From NCBI RefSeq assembly GCF_006345805.1, contig NC_043007.1, forward strand, positions 50,654,001-50,718,000: a DNA stretch of 64,000 nt. The letters are read 5' to 3'. Positions 38,511-53,049 of this stretch are shown in pieces. The stretch is from Octopus sinensis. Taxonomy: Eukaryota. The notes below the pieces were generated by a model. It was given only the letters and a program-made list of their open reading frames with translations, did not search any database and was not told the origin of the DNA. Every line of letters begins with the position of its first letter. Position 1 is the first letter of the stretch. The position numbers and the translations under genes are program-made.

Positions 38511-40320
38511 GCCCAGGTGGCGGAGGCACAGCAGGGCAACAAAGCCACCATTCGGTCTCTGGTAGACGAAAAAGGGCGCGAATTGCTCGAGCCCAGTAAG
38601 ATGTGCGAGGCATTTCGGCGGCATTTTACCCGACTTTACGGGACGAGTGGCGAGCGTGAACGCAGGGTGAACTTCAGTGCCTACCTACACAGCCTTCCAC
38701 GACTCTCGGCAAGAGAGCCAGAGTGCTGCGAAGGTGCCATCGCGGCGGCGGAAGTGAGGGACGCAATTGCAGGATGCTCGAGGGATAAATCGCCGGGTCT
38801 GGATGGTCTGCCCTACGAGTTTTACAATTGTATGCCAGACTTGTTTGGAGACGTCTTGGCAGCAGTGTACTGCTACTGGCAGCAAAACGGGAGTATACCC
38901 GGTTTTGTGAGTCGAGGAGCCGTAACGCTGCTGAAGAAAGATCCAAACAAGGAGAACATTATAGATAACTTTAGGCCCATCACTCTGCTCAATGCAGACT
39001 TGAAAATTTTGTCCAAGGTGTTAGCCAAGAGGTTGGCGCTTGTCATCGAGAAACTGGTCGACAAGGCGCAAACGTGCGCCATGCCGGGCCGGGGCATCCA
39101 TGACAACCTCCATCTGATGCGCTACAGCATCGACAGGGTAGTTAAGGAACGTGACATGGGTGGGGCCCTGATCAATTTGGATCAATCAAAAGCTTTCGAT
39201 AGGGTAGACTATCGATACTTGGAGGCTGTGGAAAGGATGCGTCCCGATGATCAGGCGATCCATTTGCTGTCAACACCCGTTAAAAGGAGGGCTGGGCATG
39301 CCGTGGATGATAATGCGCAGACACGCGCTGAGACTGCGACACCTCCGGCTCTACGTAGACGACGGTGAACAGGTGTGGTTGCCGTTTGTGAGGTACGCTT
39401 CCCCGCAGCTCGTCTCCATGACCGAACTGCATTCGTGGATCAAAAAGACGCCGTGGAAGAGCGAATGGCACCGCGAGTGTCGCGTTTCTCTCAAACAACT
39501 GTGCCGTCCGGGGTTGACCTTGAGCGACTTCAACACAACCAAAGCATTCTATAGGGGATTAGTGGAGGGGGTACGACGACGATCTCGGGGCGAACCTGGG
39601 CGTCGATGAGGAATACCTGACCCGCCTGTTCAGGACGACTTTCGGGCCGAGACCTATGGACAACTTCCAGAGATCCCTGGCCTGGCAGTGCTACATAGAA
39701 GCTCTGCCCGTTCGGGATAAGCTCTGCAGACACGGCTAGAGAAACACGGGGCTGACCTGCCCGAGATGCGGTCAGAGCGACGAAACCGTTCTGCACGCAC
39801 TCATGCAATGTCCAACCATTTCCGACCTGTGGGCTGATGTTGAACGACAGCTGTCTCGTGTGGGACGAGTCGGTTTATCAGCCGAGTCTATCATCAATAT
39901 CATCACGCCTCCTTTCTTCAAACGGGAAGGAAGAGCTATTTTCATCATACTTGTAGCTATGGCGAAACAATGTATCTGGTGGGCGCGTCTGAAAGGATTA
40001 GAAACAAACACTTTCCTCTTTGCTCAATCTCTCATCAACTTCTTCAAGTATCACTTGAAAAGGAAAGTGAGAGTAGAGAGACAAGTTTTGTCTAGCGAAT
40101 GTTTCAAAAAATGATGGGTGAATGTAGCAAGGATGGCACGTATGAATGAGGAAGCCACCTTGCGCATGATCCTATGAACCTGGAAAAATTTAAAACAGAG
40201 AGTTACTTACTTGCAAATAAATGTGTTAACATGTAACATTATTGACCGAGGTTACCGTGGTCTTTTCCGTAGGCTTTCCTTTCCGAGGAAAAACCTTATC
40301 TGTTTTCCCCTTTACAATTT
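38511..40320 (+). mobile_element. L1/Tx1-type LINE, 5' truncated with an internal deletion of RT domains
   Basis: DKSPGLDGLPYEFY, DNFRPITLLNADLKILSKVLAKRL, LINLDQSKAFDRVDYRYL, then a jump at ~39230 to CCQHPLKGGLGMP and the CCHC knuckle CPRCGQSDETVLHALMQC. Confidence 0.9.
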
Positions 40321-40518
40321 ACATCATGACATTTCTGTAATACACGATCCCTTTCCTTTTTACGATCCCTTTTGATCGACCCCCCTTTTTTATCTTTTTT
40401 CTTCCCCCCCCCCCCCCAAAGAAAAGTTCTACTTTGTAATTTGTCCCATCTGTGTTCAGCTCTGTGTGACTAATAAAGAAACATATATATCTATTGGTCT
40501 CTCTGTCTCCATTTGCGT

Positions 40519-40673
40519 TAAGAATCGTGCTTCCCAACCACATTGTTCCGGGTTCAATCCCAGTGCGTGGCACCTCGGGCAAGTGTCTTCTGCTATAGCC
40601 TCGAGCCGGCCAACGCCTTGTGAACGGATTTGGTAGACGGAAACTGAAAGTAGCCCGTTGTATGTGTGTGTGT

Positions 40674-40706
<33 letters not shown>

Positions 40707-40948
40707 AGTGTGTGTGCGTGCGTGCGTGTGTGTGTGTGTATTTGTACCCCATCACTGCTTGACAACCGGTGTCGGTGTTTTTACGTCCCCGTGACTTAGC
40801 GGTACAGCAAGAGACCCCGATAAAATAAGTACTAGACGTAAAAAATAAGCCCTGGAGTCCTTTTCTTCGACTAACATCCTTGAAGGCGGTGCTCCAGCAC
40901 TGCCGCAATCAAATGATTGAAACAAATGAAAGAACAAAAGAATAAAAC
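40519..40948 (+). mobile_element. SINE family A
   Basis: Head, internal (TG)n and tail all match the 15643 copy. Confidence 0.85.
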
Positions 40949-40963
40949 TAAATTTAATGATAT

Positions 40964-41018
<55 letters not shown>

Positions 41019-41689
41019 TATATAACAGATACTTTGCTTATGAAATTTTGAAATGTTGGTGTAATGCACAAAAGCAATAAAGGAAAATTGAAAAACGGTA
41101 GAATAACATTTAACATGACACCACACGTGTTTGCGTATACTTACCCACATATATAAATATATACATACACATACACAAATACATACGTACATTCATACAT
41201 ACATACATACTCTATGACGACCACCCTAGCTGTTATAATTCAAAACGTATCTCGATTTAACTTCTCATACTTCTCAAGAACATACTTGAAATTTTAGATT
41301 ACGCCAAGTCTGAGTGTCAGAAGAATTTAGAACAGAGTCGTGAAGAGAAGGAATTTTCTTCATGTTTTTGGTATTTTTGATTCTTTGTTTCGCTTTTCGC
41401 TTTGCGTCTGTATTGTTTGGGTTTTTTAATTTTTCAGGCTGGTCTATCTTTAGACAGTGTTTATGTACGTATATATATATATTTATATATTATTTAAATG
41501 TATATAGGTGTTTATGCACATATAATGATACGTGTATTATATAAATGTATATAAAAGTATATTAGGCAGTGTTTACGCATGCATATTCGCATATGCATGC
41601 ATGTATGCATATATATTTTTTTATACATACAACACACACACATACAGGCACACACACACACACACACACATACATATATATATATCTTT

Positions 41690-42140
<451 letters not shown>

Positions 42141-42559
42141 TGTGTATGTGTGTATGTGTGTGTTTGTGTGTGTGTGTATGTTTAAAACCGTTTATTTGTA
42201 TAAGAATATATAAGAATGAATATCTGTATTCACATGTGTACTATCTGTGCACTTAGAGATGTGTATGCATATGTATATATACGGATATCTCTAGATTTGT
42301 ATAGACGCCCACATATATATTCATACACACACGTGCACTCACATACGCACAAACACGTTTATACTAGTGCCCTTGCTTCCGATTAAGTCTCTTTTAGGAA
42401 CATATTATTAGGCAGTTATATTCATTAGAAATCTTGATAAATAAGGGTGCGGTTACCACATTAAACAAACGGTTATATACTTTCGTGTATGTCTTGGTAT
42501 TGTTGGACCATAAAGCATCTGGTTTCTATTTCATTTACTTGTTAATATTATAATTTCAT

Positions 42560-45500
42560 ATCAATGAAGAGGAATGATTTTTCTCTGGCCTATTCGTATC
42601 TATCTTTCTGTCAGTTTGAATTGTAAGGAGTGACATGTTACCGTTTTCAAGCACTGGAGGTGCTTTGTGTTCCCACCAGTTTTTATCATGGGACAGGTTC
42701 AGGTTTTTGCAAATTACCCAGCGAATATATTTTGCTGCTCTATCATGTCTGTTGAGATACTCTGTAGGTGCAAGAAGACTGAACTTGGAGACAACATGAT
42801 CAATGGTTTCATTTTATTATTGACATACACGACATGTGCTACTGCCGATCTTTAATATGTTGGCCTGGTAGTTCCTTGACATTGATCTTCGGCTGCGATG
42901 ATAAACCCTTCTGTTGCTGATTTCAAGCCAGAAGCCACTAACCATTGATGGGTAAGGGCTTTGTCAACATCGGCACTATTAGCTCTCTTTGGGTATTTTC
43001 CATTCAGAGGCTTTTCTTGCCATTTATCAGTAAGAATATCTAAGGCAGCAGGTTTAGCACGGGTTTTCATACTCTTAGCTTTTTCTGTTTGTTTCTAGTA
43101 CGTCTAATTCTGGAATTTGTTATATTTGGAATTCACTTAGATATTCCTTTACCTAGTTTGTTATGAGTACGATGTTTTCTTGTTTTAATGCTTTGAAACA
43201 AGTTTTGACGTCCAGTCATCAGAGTTTTTCAGGTAGGTGTCTAGGCCAATTGTGGCAATTCCAGTTAATTCCAGTTGTAAAAGTCTACGACCACCTTCTT
43301 TTCTTGGCAGGTAAAGTCGTTCTACAATCTGCCTTAGGGTAGTGCATTCTATACATTGTCAACAATTTTCGTATTTTTCTGTCAAGATTACAAATTTCAG
43401 TAACTGACCAGTTAATGATATTGAATCTGTAAGTCACGACCAGTATGGCTAGAGTATTGGTCGCTGCGATCCTGTTTCTTGCATTCATCTCTGTCTTGAG
43501 TATTGCCCTTACTCTGCGATAACATTCTCTTCTGTTCCATTCCCTCATCACTGAATGTTTGATTCCGTCCCCTTCAAATACCCCTAGGTACTTGTAGCTC
43601 TCCGCTAGTTCTAACTCCTTTATGGCATTCTGCTGGTCAAGATTAACGTTGGTTGTTTCTGTTATTTTCCCTTTAATAAAGATAGCTTTTGCACATTTAT
43701 CGAGGCCAAATTGCATCCTGATGCTGTCACTGAATTGTTTAACAATCGCTAGTAAAACTTAAGGCAGTTGGTCATTTTTTGCAAAGAGCTTTAAATCATC
43801 CATCTAAATGAGATGATTTATATTTTTATCAAACGTTTTATAGCCGTATTGTACATCATCGAGCAATTTCGAGAGAGGTATTAAGGCTAAACAAAAGAGG
43901 AGTGGTGACAGAGTCACCCTGGAAAATGCGACATGAAATTCTTACATCTCCAGCATTGAGAGATTCGGTTCTCCATGATCTCATACTTACAGACAAGAAG
44001 TTTCGCAGAGTATGTACTATTTTATACATTTCCAAACATTTCTTAATCCGGCTATGTGGTAGACTATCAAAAGCTTTTGATAGTTTATCCAGGCTATCGA
44101 CAAGTTTTTGTGTCGTTTGTGACAATCATCCAAAATCATCTTATTGATGAGTAGCTGATATTTACAACCATAAGATCCACGTTTACATCCTTTTTACTCA
44201 TTAGGGAATATGTCACTTTCTATTAGAAAACTATAGGTATATTTAGTCAAGACAGATGTTAGTATATTATATATTGATGTTAAGAAGGTTATGTGTATAT
44301 GATTTTTTGGTACATTTGTTTCTTCATTTTTTGGAAGTAGGGATTAATTAGCCAAGAGGGAATCATACTAGGTTGATGCAAAATATTGTTGTAAAGTTTT
44401 GTTAGCAGTTCATGACTCTCTTGGAAGGCATTCAATCAGAAGTTAGGAATTTTATTCTTTCCTGGAGACTTCAATTTGCTTGACTTCCTGGGAGCATATC
44501 TTACATACTCTACCTTGATATCCTCCCACTTTTGCTCTTCTAAGGAGTCTAAGTCTGTAGATATTCTAGCAATACAAGGGGCCTTTCATTGTGTGTTTTT
44601 CTTCTGCCCAAATTTTATTCAAAATTCCTGCACTTCTTTTTTTGATGGGACAGAATTTACCGTAACTGTTATTTTCTCTAACTTCCTGTAAAAATTTGTT
44701 GGGTTATCATTGTACATGTTGTGCTTGAAGAATCTAATGCGCTTTTCGTACCTTGCTATGCTGGCAGCTTTAGCACATACCTTTTGCTTGATAGTTTTTA
44801 TGGTGGTATTGATGTCAAGTATGGGTTTTCATATATTTTTTCTTTAATTTTCGGATTTTTGTTGGTTTGATAGGTTTGTCAAAATTAAGGTTCTTTTAAG
44901 CATTCTACATTCTATGTAGCTGAATTTGGTGTTCAATGCGCTCTTGCCAAGTTGGCTTTTGTGGGGATGTTGTCGTTTTCTAATCTTTTCACCACATAGA
45001 ATCGTTGAGATCTTCGTGGACGCATAGAATAGGTCGTTGTGATCTGTAATATCAACATCATTAGCTGAAATTATGTCCCTAAGTTCAAGGCAGATTTTAC
45101 CAATTACTTTCAGGTTTTGGTTAGGATTGCGAATTTTTGGGAGAGTGTCACGTTCATTCATACTGGTTTCTTTAATTTTCAGCCCTTCACTCATGATTTG
45201 AATTTTTAGATCGTGTATTTCTGTTGGGTCAATTTCTGTGTGACTTTCTTCATCTATTTGAATTTCATATGCCTTATTGTTTATGGTTGGTTCAGAGAGT
45301 ATTTTTACTTATCAGTTACACTTTGCTTATCAGTGCTATTAACTCTTTCAATCATTATTGCATTTTGATCAGACCTGGGTTGGTCTATAATTATTTCCTT
45401 TGTAGTATCTTCATTAGCTGCAACTTCGTTCCTTGTATCCCTTACTGATTGTTTAATTGTGTCAATCTCTAATTCAGTTAGTAATTTCTTTTTCATAATG

Positions 45501-45800
45501 TTTCTTATGACGTTGGCAAATTTGTTATTGTCTATGTAGGATCTTACTTCAAGGTGCTTCTGTCCCCAGTTTAAGTAGTTTTGTACAGTATTAGATTTAT
45601 TTGCGGGGAAATATATGGCATGATAGAAGGCCTTAAAAACTTCTTTATTTCCTTCCTTAGAACATGTTTCATTCTTTTTCTTTTGGTTATTTGATGACGA
45701 AAATGGATGATCATCTGTTGGAATATTCCGGTTGTGGCGTACTTCCAGCTCTTGTACTTCGGGAAGATTTGAACCAGTAGCTGATTTTTCCTACCCAATC
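42560..45800 (-). mobile_element. R4/Dong-type non-LTR retrotransposon (RT + CCHC + REL endonuclease), decayed
   Basis: QFGLDKCAK, ESYKYLG, RRVRAILKTEMNARN, KWQEKPLNGKY, SGLKSATEGFIIAAEDQ; manual translation CRVC..NETIDHVVS and TDRKIDTNRP at 42600-42850; long degenerate N-terminal ORF pieces at 44844-45496. Confidence 0.9.
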
Positions 45801-45879
45801 TGGTTCATCATTCGAGTACGCGGTCCTTGGTGTTCCGGGTGACGGCAGTTTTAAGGCTTAAAACAAGTGGAAAGAAGTC

Positions 45880-45992
45880 CTGGAATAACCTCACAAATTC
45901 CCAACGTTACGCACTCCGACGTCTGGCTAAGAACGATTCTATTGTTATTAAAATGGCGGATAGGGTAGGCGCTATCGTAATTATGGACATAC
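45880..45992 (+). mobile_element. PLE pre-RT fragment
   Basis: NNLTNSQRYALRRLAKNDSIVIKMADRVGAIVIMD matches the PLE motif IVIKPADKGGAVV. Confidence 0.65.
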
Positions 45993-46004
45993 ATACAACA
46001 TCTG

Positions 46005-46258
46005 CATTATTCGCTCTCTTTGGGTATTTGCCATTGAGAGGTTTTTATTGCCATTTATCATTCAGAATATCTAAGGCAGCAGTTTTAGCATGGGTTTTCA
46101 TGCGCTTAGCTTTTTCTGTGCTTGTTTCTTGTATGTCTAATTCCGAAATTTGTTGTATTCGGAATTCACTTAGATATTCCTTTGCCTGTTTTGTTACTGA
46201 ATATGATGCTTTCTTGTTTTCATGTTTTGAGACAAGTTTTAACATCCAGTCCTCAGAG
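46005..46258 (-). mobile_element. Second R4/Dong fragment paralogous to 42985-43230
   Basis: KTHAKTAALDILNDKWQ versus KTRAKPAALDILTDKWQ. Confidence 0.85.
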
Positions 46259-46316
<58 letters not shown>

Positions 46317-46799
46317 CACGCTCCAGGTTGGTGCAGCTTAAAACATTTATTTACACCGGTTTGGTGCTTATTTGCATTATTTATTTTATTCCAAGTTGTC
46401 AATTGGAACACCAGGAACCTGTTACTTGTTTTCTACGGTTGTTTAGCCTCTCCAGGGGCTATATTTGGCCCACCAAATAAGTTCGGTGGGCATTTAATCT
46501 AATTTAAACAAACACAACTGAGCAAGATGAAAGAGTTGAGAGAAAACAAAACAGGTGAAGGGGAGGAGAAAAACGAAACTGTTACAATACAAAGTCCACC
46601 TCATAGTAACATCCACAGTAGCAGTAATAGCCACAGCGGTAGCAAAGCAGCAATAGTGACAGCAGCTGCAGCAGCAGCAATAACAACAGTACTAACAACA
46701 ATAACGAGAATATTTTCAACAAAAGCACGTTCGCAGCAGCAGCAACGAAATAGAAGCAACGCTTTATCGCGGATCTCACAAATAGAGATGAGGTGTTGA

Positions 46800-48725
46800 C
46801 TCAGGCTTGGAAACTGATTAAACTAGAAAAAACTTGGACTAATTCCGGCAGAGGCAATTCAAACAGTGGAGAAAAGAACAGTAATTATCAGATGCATCTC
46901 AGCAGAGACGATAAAAGCGGCCATAATAGATATTGAGGGGGCGCTGAGGTGCATCAGAGATGATATCGAGTACTTAGCGAGGGGCAAGCAATACAACATC
47001 ATTTCTGTACTGTTTAAATCAGAAGCCCTCGCCATGAAACATTCAATGACCCTTTGCGAAACCAGCAAAGTCAATATCTACCACTCCCACAAGGGGAAAC
47101 GTACAGCATGTGTCCGCATTCCTAAGATCCCACCAGGACTTGATATTTGGGGCTTCTGGGATGCGTAATCGTGAGTGGGGCGGATACCGTCCCGATAGAG
47201 GAAACAAGAACTGCCAGGGAGGATTGTACCAGATCAGACCCGAAAAAAATACCGGACCACATCTGTCTCCAGAAAAGGATCAACCGCTTAAGGTCATTTA
47301 GATCGTATATTTTCACTAGAAAATAAATAGTAATAGTGTAGGATATCCACTTTCTAAAACGGTCGCCTATTCAGATCCTAAGTTTGTAACCTGTACGGTC
47401 GACATAGATAAAACGAATAGGTCAGGACCCGGATACTGGAAGCTCGTAAGGCTTACAGGGACCAGATCAACAGTTTAGTTAAGCAGAAGTTGACTGGTGG
47501 GGCCGTCAGCAACAGGTGGTGGGCGGCTCTCAGAAGAGAGATTAGAGTAATATCGATAGGGTTTAGCAAAGAAATAGCATTAGAAAAATATAGAGAGGAG
47601 GCGAGGTTGATAGGTAAACTAGACGAGATTATTTGTAGTGGCATTTCAACCGACATGCTAGCAGCGAGAATGGCATTAGACCAGTTCTTCATTGCGAAAC
47701 ATGAAGGTTACATTGTCAGAGCCAAGGCGTGTGCACTAAGAAACATGGGGATCAAAGCTGTTCAATGAGTCCGTGTGGTGGAGGCGCAGCATGGTAACAT
47801 AACCACAATTTGGCCTTTGACGGACCGAGATGGACATGAGCTGAGGGATTCCAGGCAGATGTGTAAGGCCTTTCGCCAGCACTTTGCTCTGTTGTTCGGG
47901 GAGTATAGCGGGGCGGAGATGGTGGTGGACTTCAATCCCTAAAACCGACGGCTTTCCGCGTCTCTCGACGGCCGACGCTGAGCGCTGGGAAAGGCAGATA
48001 ACTTCAGCCAAAATTCAGAATGCCCTTGTCGGCTGCACGAGGCGCGAGTTGCCCGGTTTAAATGGTCCGCCCTATAAGTTTTACATAAGTATACCAGACT
48101 TGTTCCCCGAGTTATGTTGAACAGCTTTTATCACGTGTGGGAGGGATCCGGCATCGGTCGAGTCGATAATGAAGATCGATCCGCCGCCTTTCATTGGTCC
48201 GGAAGGACAGGCATTTTCCTCTGTCTTATAGCAGTAGCGAAAGAGAGTGCATGGTGGACTAGGTTGAAAGGACTGAAGACTGACACTTTCCTCTTCGGAC
48301 AATCCGTCACCAATTTTTTCAAATTTCACTTGTAAAAGAAGATGAGGGTGGAGAGAAAAGTGGTACCACCCAGTACATTTGCTAAAAGGTGGGTGAATGT
48401 AGCGAAAATGGCACGTGTGTGGACCTACTCTAGTAATGCGCCTGTAGGTTAGTGAATTTGAGAGGGAGAAGGGTGCCCTTCCCGGATGTCCTCGAGCTAT
48501 CGAGTGGTCCAAGACTGGTGGGGTACCTGAGCCGACTCCAGGTGGTTACCCACTCCACTATTGGAGAACTTTCATTGTTATATTCTTTTTGTTTGATATT
48601 ATTGTTATTGTTTTAATTGTGTATTCGTTGTTTTGTGTAAAATCCCCGCTGTCCATGTCTACTGTATTTACCCCCTGTATGTCGGCCCTGGTGGCCAATA
48701 AATGAGATAATAATAATAATTATTA
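46800..48725 (+). mobile_element. L1/Tx1-type LINE deletion derivative (ORF1 piece, APE C-terminus, linker, 3' end)
   Basis: ORF1-like 46866-47168; SDPKFVTCTVDIDKTNRSGPGYWKL at ~47370; LPGLNGPPYKFY; C-terminus GQSVTNFFKFHL; (TAA)n tail. Confidence 0.8.
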
Positions 48726-49169
48726 TTATTGTTAATATTATTATCACCTAGGTGGAGGTGTGTTTTTGGAGCGCTGTAAGTTTATGTTTAATTCACTTGT
48801 TTTAAAATGTTCTATACTGTATTTTGTTAGTTAAATCGTTTTGCAAGCTAGCTGTCCTTCTGGTGTTAACCAAAGCCCCATTCTTGGGGTGATACAAACC
48901 TTTTTGTTTTCAAATTTCTCCGAAAATTTGCTTCGAAGAAAGTAAACATTGAAGATGGCGACGAAAAGCTGGAGTGAGGAAAGAAAGTGGTACGGCAATT
49001 TGCATGAGGACTTCCCTGTCCTCCCCACCATGATTGGCAGTAGACAGCAGGAAGAAAAAAGAAAGAAAGAAAGAAAGAAGAAGAAGAAGAAGAAGAGAAG
49101 AAGAAGAAGAGTCAAGAAAAGAACCAAAAAGAGGGAAAGCAGAAAGAAAGCGAGAGAAAGGAAGGAGTA

Positions 49170-49982
49170 AAGTCTCCCTAACTACATGAAACTTGTAGTA
49201 GCACGCACAACGATACGGAAAACAACTGCGGCGAAGTATCTAACAAAAGCGGAGTTAGCTGCAGGAAAGAAACTTTTGCAAATATCACAACAGCTAAGGA
49301 ATTGGTTAACATCTCATTAGAGAACAAGATAGAGAAACTAAATAAGGTTCGAGATGAGCTCTATAAACCGGTTCTGTATGCTCACGTACAGTGTCCACGC
49401 ATTGCTGACTTGTGGAGCTTTCTCGAACAGTTATTGTCACGTAGGACGCATCCGGCTATCGTCCGAGTCCATTGTGAAGATCACCCCCTCCTTCCTTTGG
49501 CCGGGAAGGGAGGGCAATTTTCCTCTGTCTGGTGGCTGTAACAAAAGAGGTTGTGTGGTGGACGCGACTGCAAAGGTTGAAGACGGGTACCCTCCTCTCT
49601 GGCCAAGGCCTCATTGACTTTTTCAGGCTCCACCTGAAAAGGAAAGTGAGGCTGGAGAAGGCGGTACTGTTACCCAGTAAGTTCGTTGAAAGGTAGGTGA
49701 ATGTGGCAAGAACGGCCGGCGTAAAAGAGCCTACTCTAAGTGTGCACCTGTAGGCCGAATGGGAGAAGAGCAGGTGCCTTCCTGAGGAATTGTTGGCGTT
49801 AAGGGGTCCAAAGTGCGTGAGGTCTCTTTGGTCAACTTACGGTGGAACTCACCCTGATTGCTGATTTAATCTCTTTGTTAATCATTGTGTTTGTTAGTTG
49901 TTTACACGCTTAACATCCCTGTCTCTCGTCTGTGTATTCTCTTCTATGTTTTGTGTTCGGCCCTGTGGCCAATAAAGAAGGA

Positions 49983-50054
<72 letters not shown>

Positions 50055-50055
50055 T
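49170..50055 (+). mobile_element. Short L1/Tx1 derivative with (TTA)n tail
   Basis: VLYAHVQCPRIADLWSFLEQLLS and ctccacctgaaaaggaaagtgagg match the other Tx1 3' ends; a different upstream segment (49170-49350) is joined on. Confidence 0.75.
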
Positions 50056-51100
50056 AAGGCGGTGAGTTAGCAGAGTCGTTAGCACGCCGGAGATAATGCT
50101 CACCGGCATTTTGTCTGGTTTTATGTTCTGAGTACAAATTCTGTCAATGACGACTTTGCCTTTCATCCATTTCGGGTTGATAAATTAAATACCAGTCAAG
50201 TACTGGGGTAGATATGATTGACATTCCTCTCCCAAAAATTTCAGGCTTTGTGCCTATAGTAGAAAGAATTATTATTGTTATTCTGTAGCTTTTGATTTCC
50301 CCACATTGTGCAGGTCTATATTCCAATGTTGTTTTCTTCTTTGTTACTCTTTCGTTCTTGCACAAACAACAAGCAAATCTTACCATAAGTCTCCATTCTT
50401 TTATAAAGAAAACAAGACACAAACAACACGATGGCTTAGTACTATGTTTTATAAACCCCGGAAGGCAAAGTTTCTTTGGGTGTGATTTGAATTCAGAACG
50501 TAAATACCACATAGTATAATGCTTTGACTGGGGATTCACCAACTCTTTCATCATCCCTTCTAATATTGGTTTCAAATTGTGGTACAAAGCCAACTATTTC
50601 AGGAAAGAGATAAATTGAATTACAGTGGAAATTAAACTCAGAACGCAAAGACGGAGGAAATGCCGTTAAGCATTATCTCAGGCGTGCTAACGATTCTGCC
50701 AGTTCGCCGCCTTAAATTCTTCACTTTGATGTTGGTTTCAAATTTTAGCACGAGGCCAGGAATTTTTAGGGTCAGTGGAAATCAATTTTATTAGTTCCAG
50801 TGTTCAACACGAAATGATGAAAGGCAACGTCGACACCGGGACATTGGAGCTCAAAGCATAAAATCGGAAGAAATGCCGATTGTCCGGCGCAGTAACGATT
50901 CTGTCAGCTCACCGCCTTAAATTCTTCGGTTTCAAATTTTTGCACACGGCCAGCACTTTATGTGTACGTTGATTACATCGACTGCGGTACTCAAATGGTA
51001 CTTATTTTATCGACCCAGAATTGATAAAACCAACGTCAACCTCGAAATGCTGCAAAGCATTCTTCCCGGCATGTTAAGAATTCAAGCCGCTCACTGCCTT
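50056..51100. mobile_element. Cluster of SINE B copies: one + (50056-50275) and about three tandem - copies (50570-51100)
   Basis: Repeated ggtttcaaatttt.gcac..gcca and gctaacgattctgccagttcgccgcctt segments. Confidence 0.8.
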
Positions 51101-51392
51101 ATCCTCTGTTTTAATATTGACGTGTAGTATGAGAGAAAACCACAAAAGCTTGCAGCATGATTGCGTCGAACTTATTTCTTGGCTGTTGCTTTCAATTGAG
51201 TTCCACACCCTATCAACGCTACCAATCTATCAACACTTTCTCAAGAGACATAATGAATGTATATATATACATTTTGTATACACATTGATAAACGTATTAT
51301 TATTTATACTCATTTTGAATTAAGGCAGCCAAACATAACATCCATATTAATCCCGACTTTATTGGAAATTATTTACATCAATCAATCTATAT

Positions 51393-51460
<68 letters not shown>

Positions 51461-52082
51461 CATATGCATGCACAAAAGGTAAAACTATATATTCAAAACT
51501 TATAAACTTATTTACACATCAGTATTTATGTACAGATGTATATGTATACATGTGCCTATACACACATATAAACAGGTGTATTGTGATTATATCGTATGTT
51601 TATAAATATAATATATATACATACATATACATATATATATATATAATATATATATATATATGTGTGTGTGTGCGTGTGTGTGTGTGTGTGTGTGTATGTG
51701 TGTGTGTGTATTTGAAGTGTGTGTCATTACTGATATAAGACCGAAAAGAGCATATTTTAAAAGAAATATGTAGATGATAGACATTTCGATCGAGGTTGAT
51801 ATATAATCGTCAGTAATCATCTTTATTATGTGCTCTATTGACTTCGGTAGATCTAGCGACCATAGCGAATTTTTCTTGGATCCGATGAACTTATCAAAGC
51901 TCATCTATAGGATTAATATGTGAGTGTGTGTTTGTGAGTGTACATATATATAAATATGCATACACTTACATATACACATATATGCTTATAAATACAAATA
52001 TAAAAACATAAAAACCCAATCACTAAGATGCACACATATACACACACTCATACATATACGTATATATATATATACATAAACG

Positions 52083-52152
<70 letters not shown>

Positions 52153-52358
52153 CAAGTTAATGTATGTTTATTTTACCTTTATACGAATTATTCATATTCT
52201 CTACATAAGTATTTGCATTAGTATTATTCCTCAAAGTTCGTCCATATATTGGTGATGTGAAGCTTGGTGTCACGAAATTTAATATTTCAGTATTAATACA
52301 CACACGTTCAGGCACACGCGAATACACACTCGTATACATGCATACATACATTCATTCA

Positions 52359-52411
<53 letters not shown>

Positions 52412-53049
52412 ATACACATACATGTATATTCATAAGCATGTCTATTTGAATAAATACATATATGTGTGTGTGTATGTGTGTGTTCATACATATAGCTATA
52501 AACAAACAAAATTTCCAAGTGTTATGATGTATATGTCAAATATGTTTGTAAAGTATTTTATGTACTTTATCTCAATCAAATCGACACGAATCAGCGATCC
52601 GGTTTCTATTTACAGTTTGAATTATTTTTATTTTGTAATAGAAGGTCAACAGAAGGCCGCACACATCACAACCTGCCTTTTTCTCATCCTGATTAATTAG
52701 TCATATTTTCACCGTACATATGACCAATATGGTTTTGCAATTGATTTAGTATTTCTATAAATTAGAAATTGTGGACGCATAGAATAAGGGCCTTTCTGAT
52801 CTTAAAATAATTAAGATAAGAATTATAGAAACATCAAACAAAAGAAACCTACAACAATAAATTACAAAACGATACATAAGAATTGTGAAAACAGAATATT
52901 AATGTCGCAGTCTGCCAGCCTCAATGCAATATGTGCGTCTGAGTATTCGTGTGCGTGAGTAGGAGAGAGAGAGGTGGTGAGAGAGAGAGAGCGTGTCCGG
53001 CATTGCTTTGACTATTCCTCAGGTAGTTACAGACCTATAAGATAGTGTT

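Noticed and set aside
51774-51822. Minus-strand CUGACGA...GAUC-GAAA-UGUCUA-UCAUC
   Set aside because: Stems I and II do not abut the core properly; too degenerate to call.
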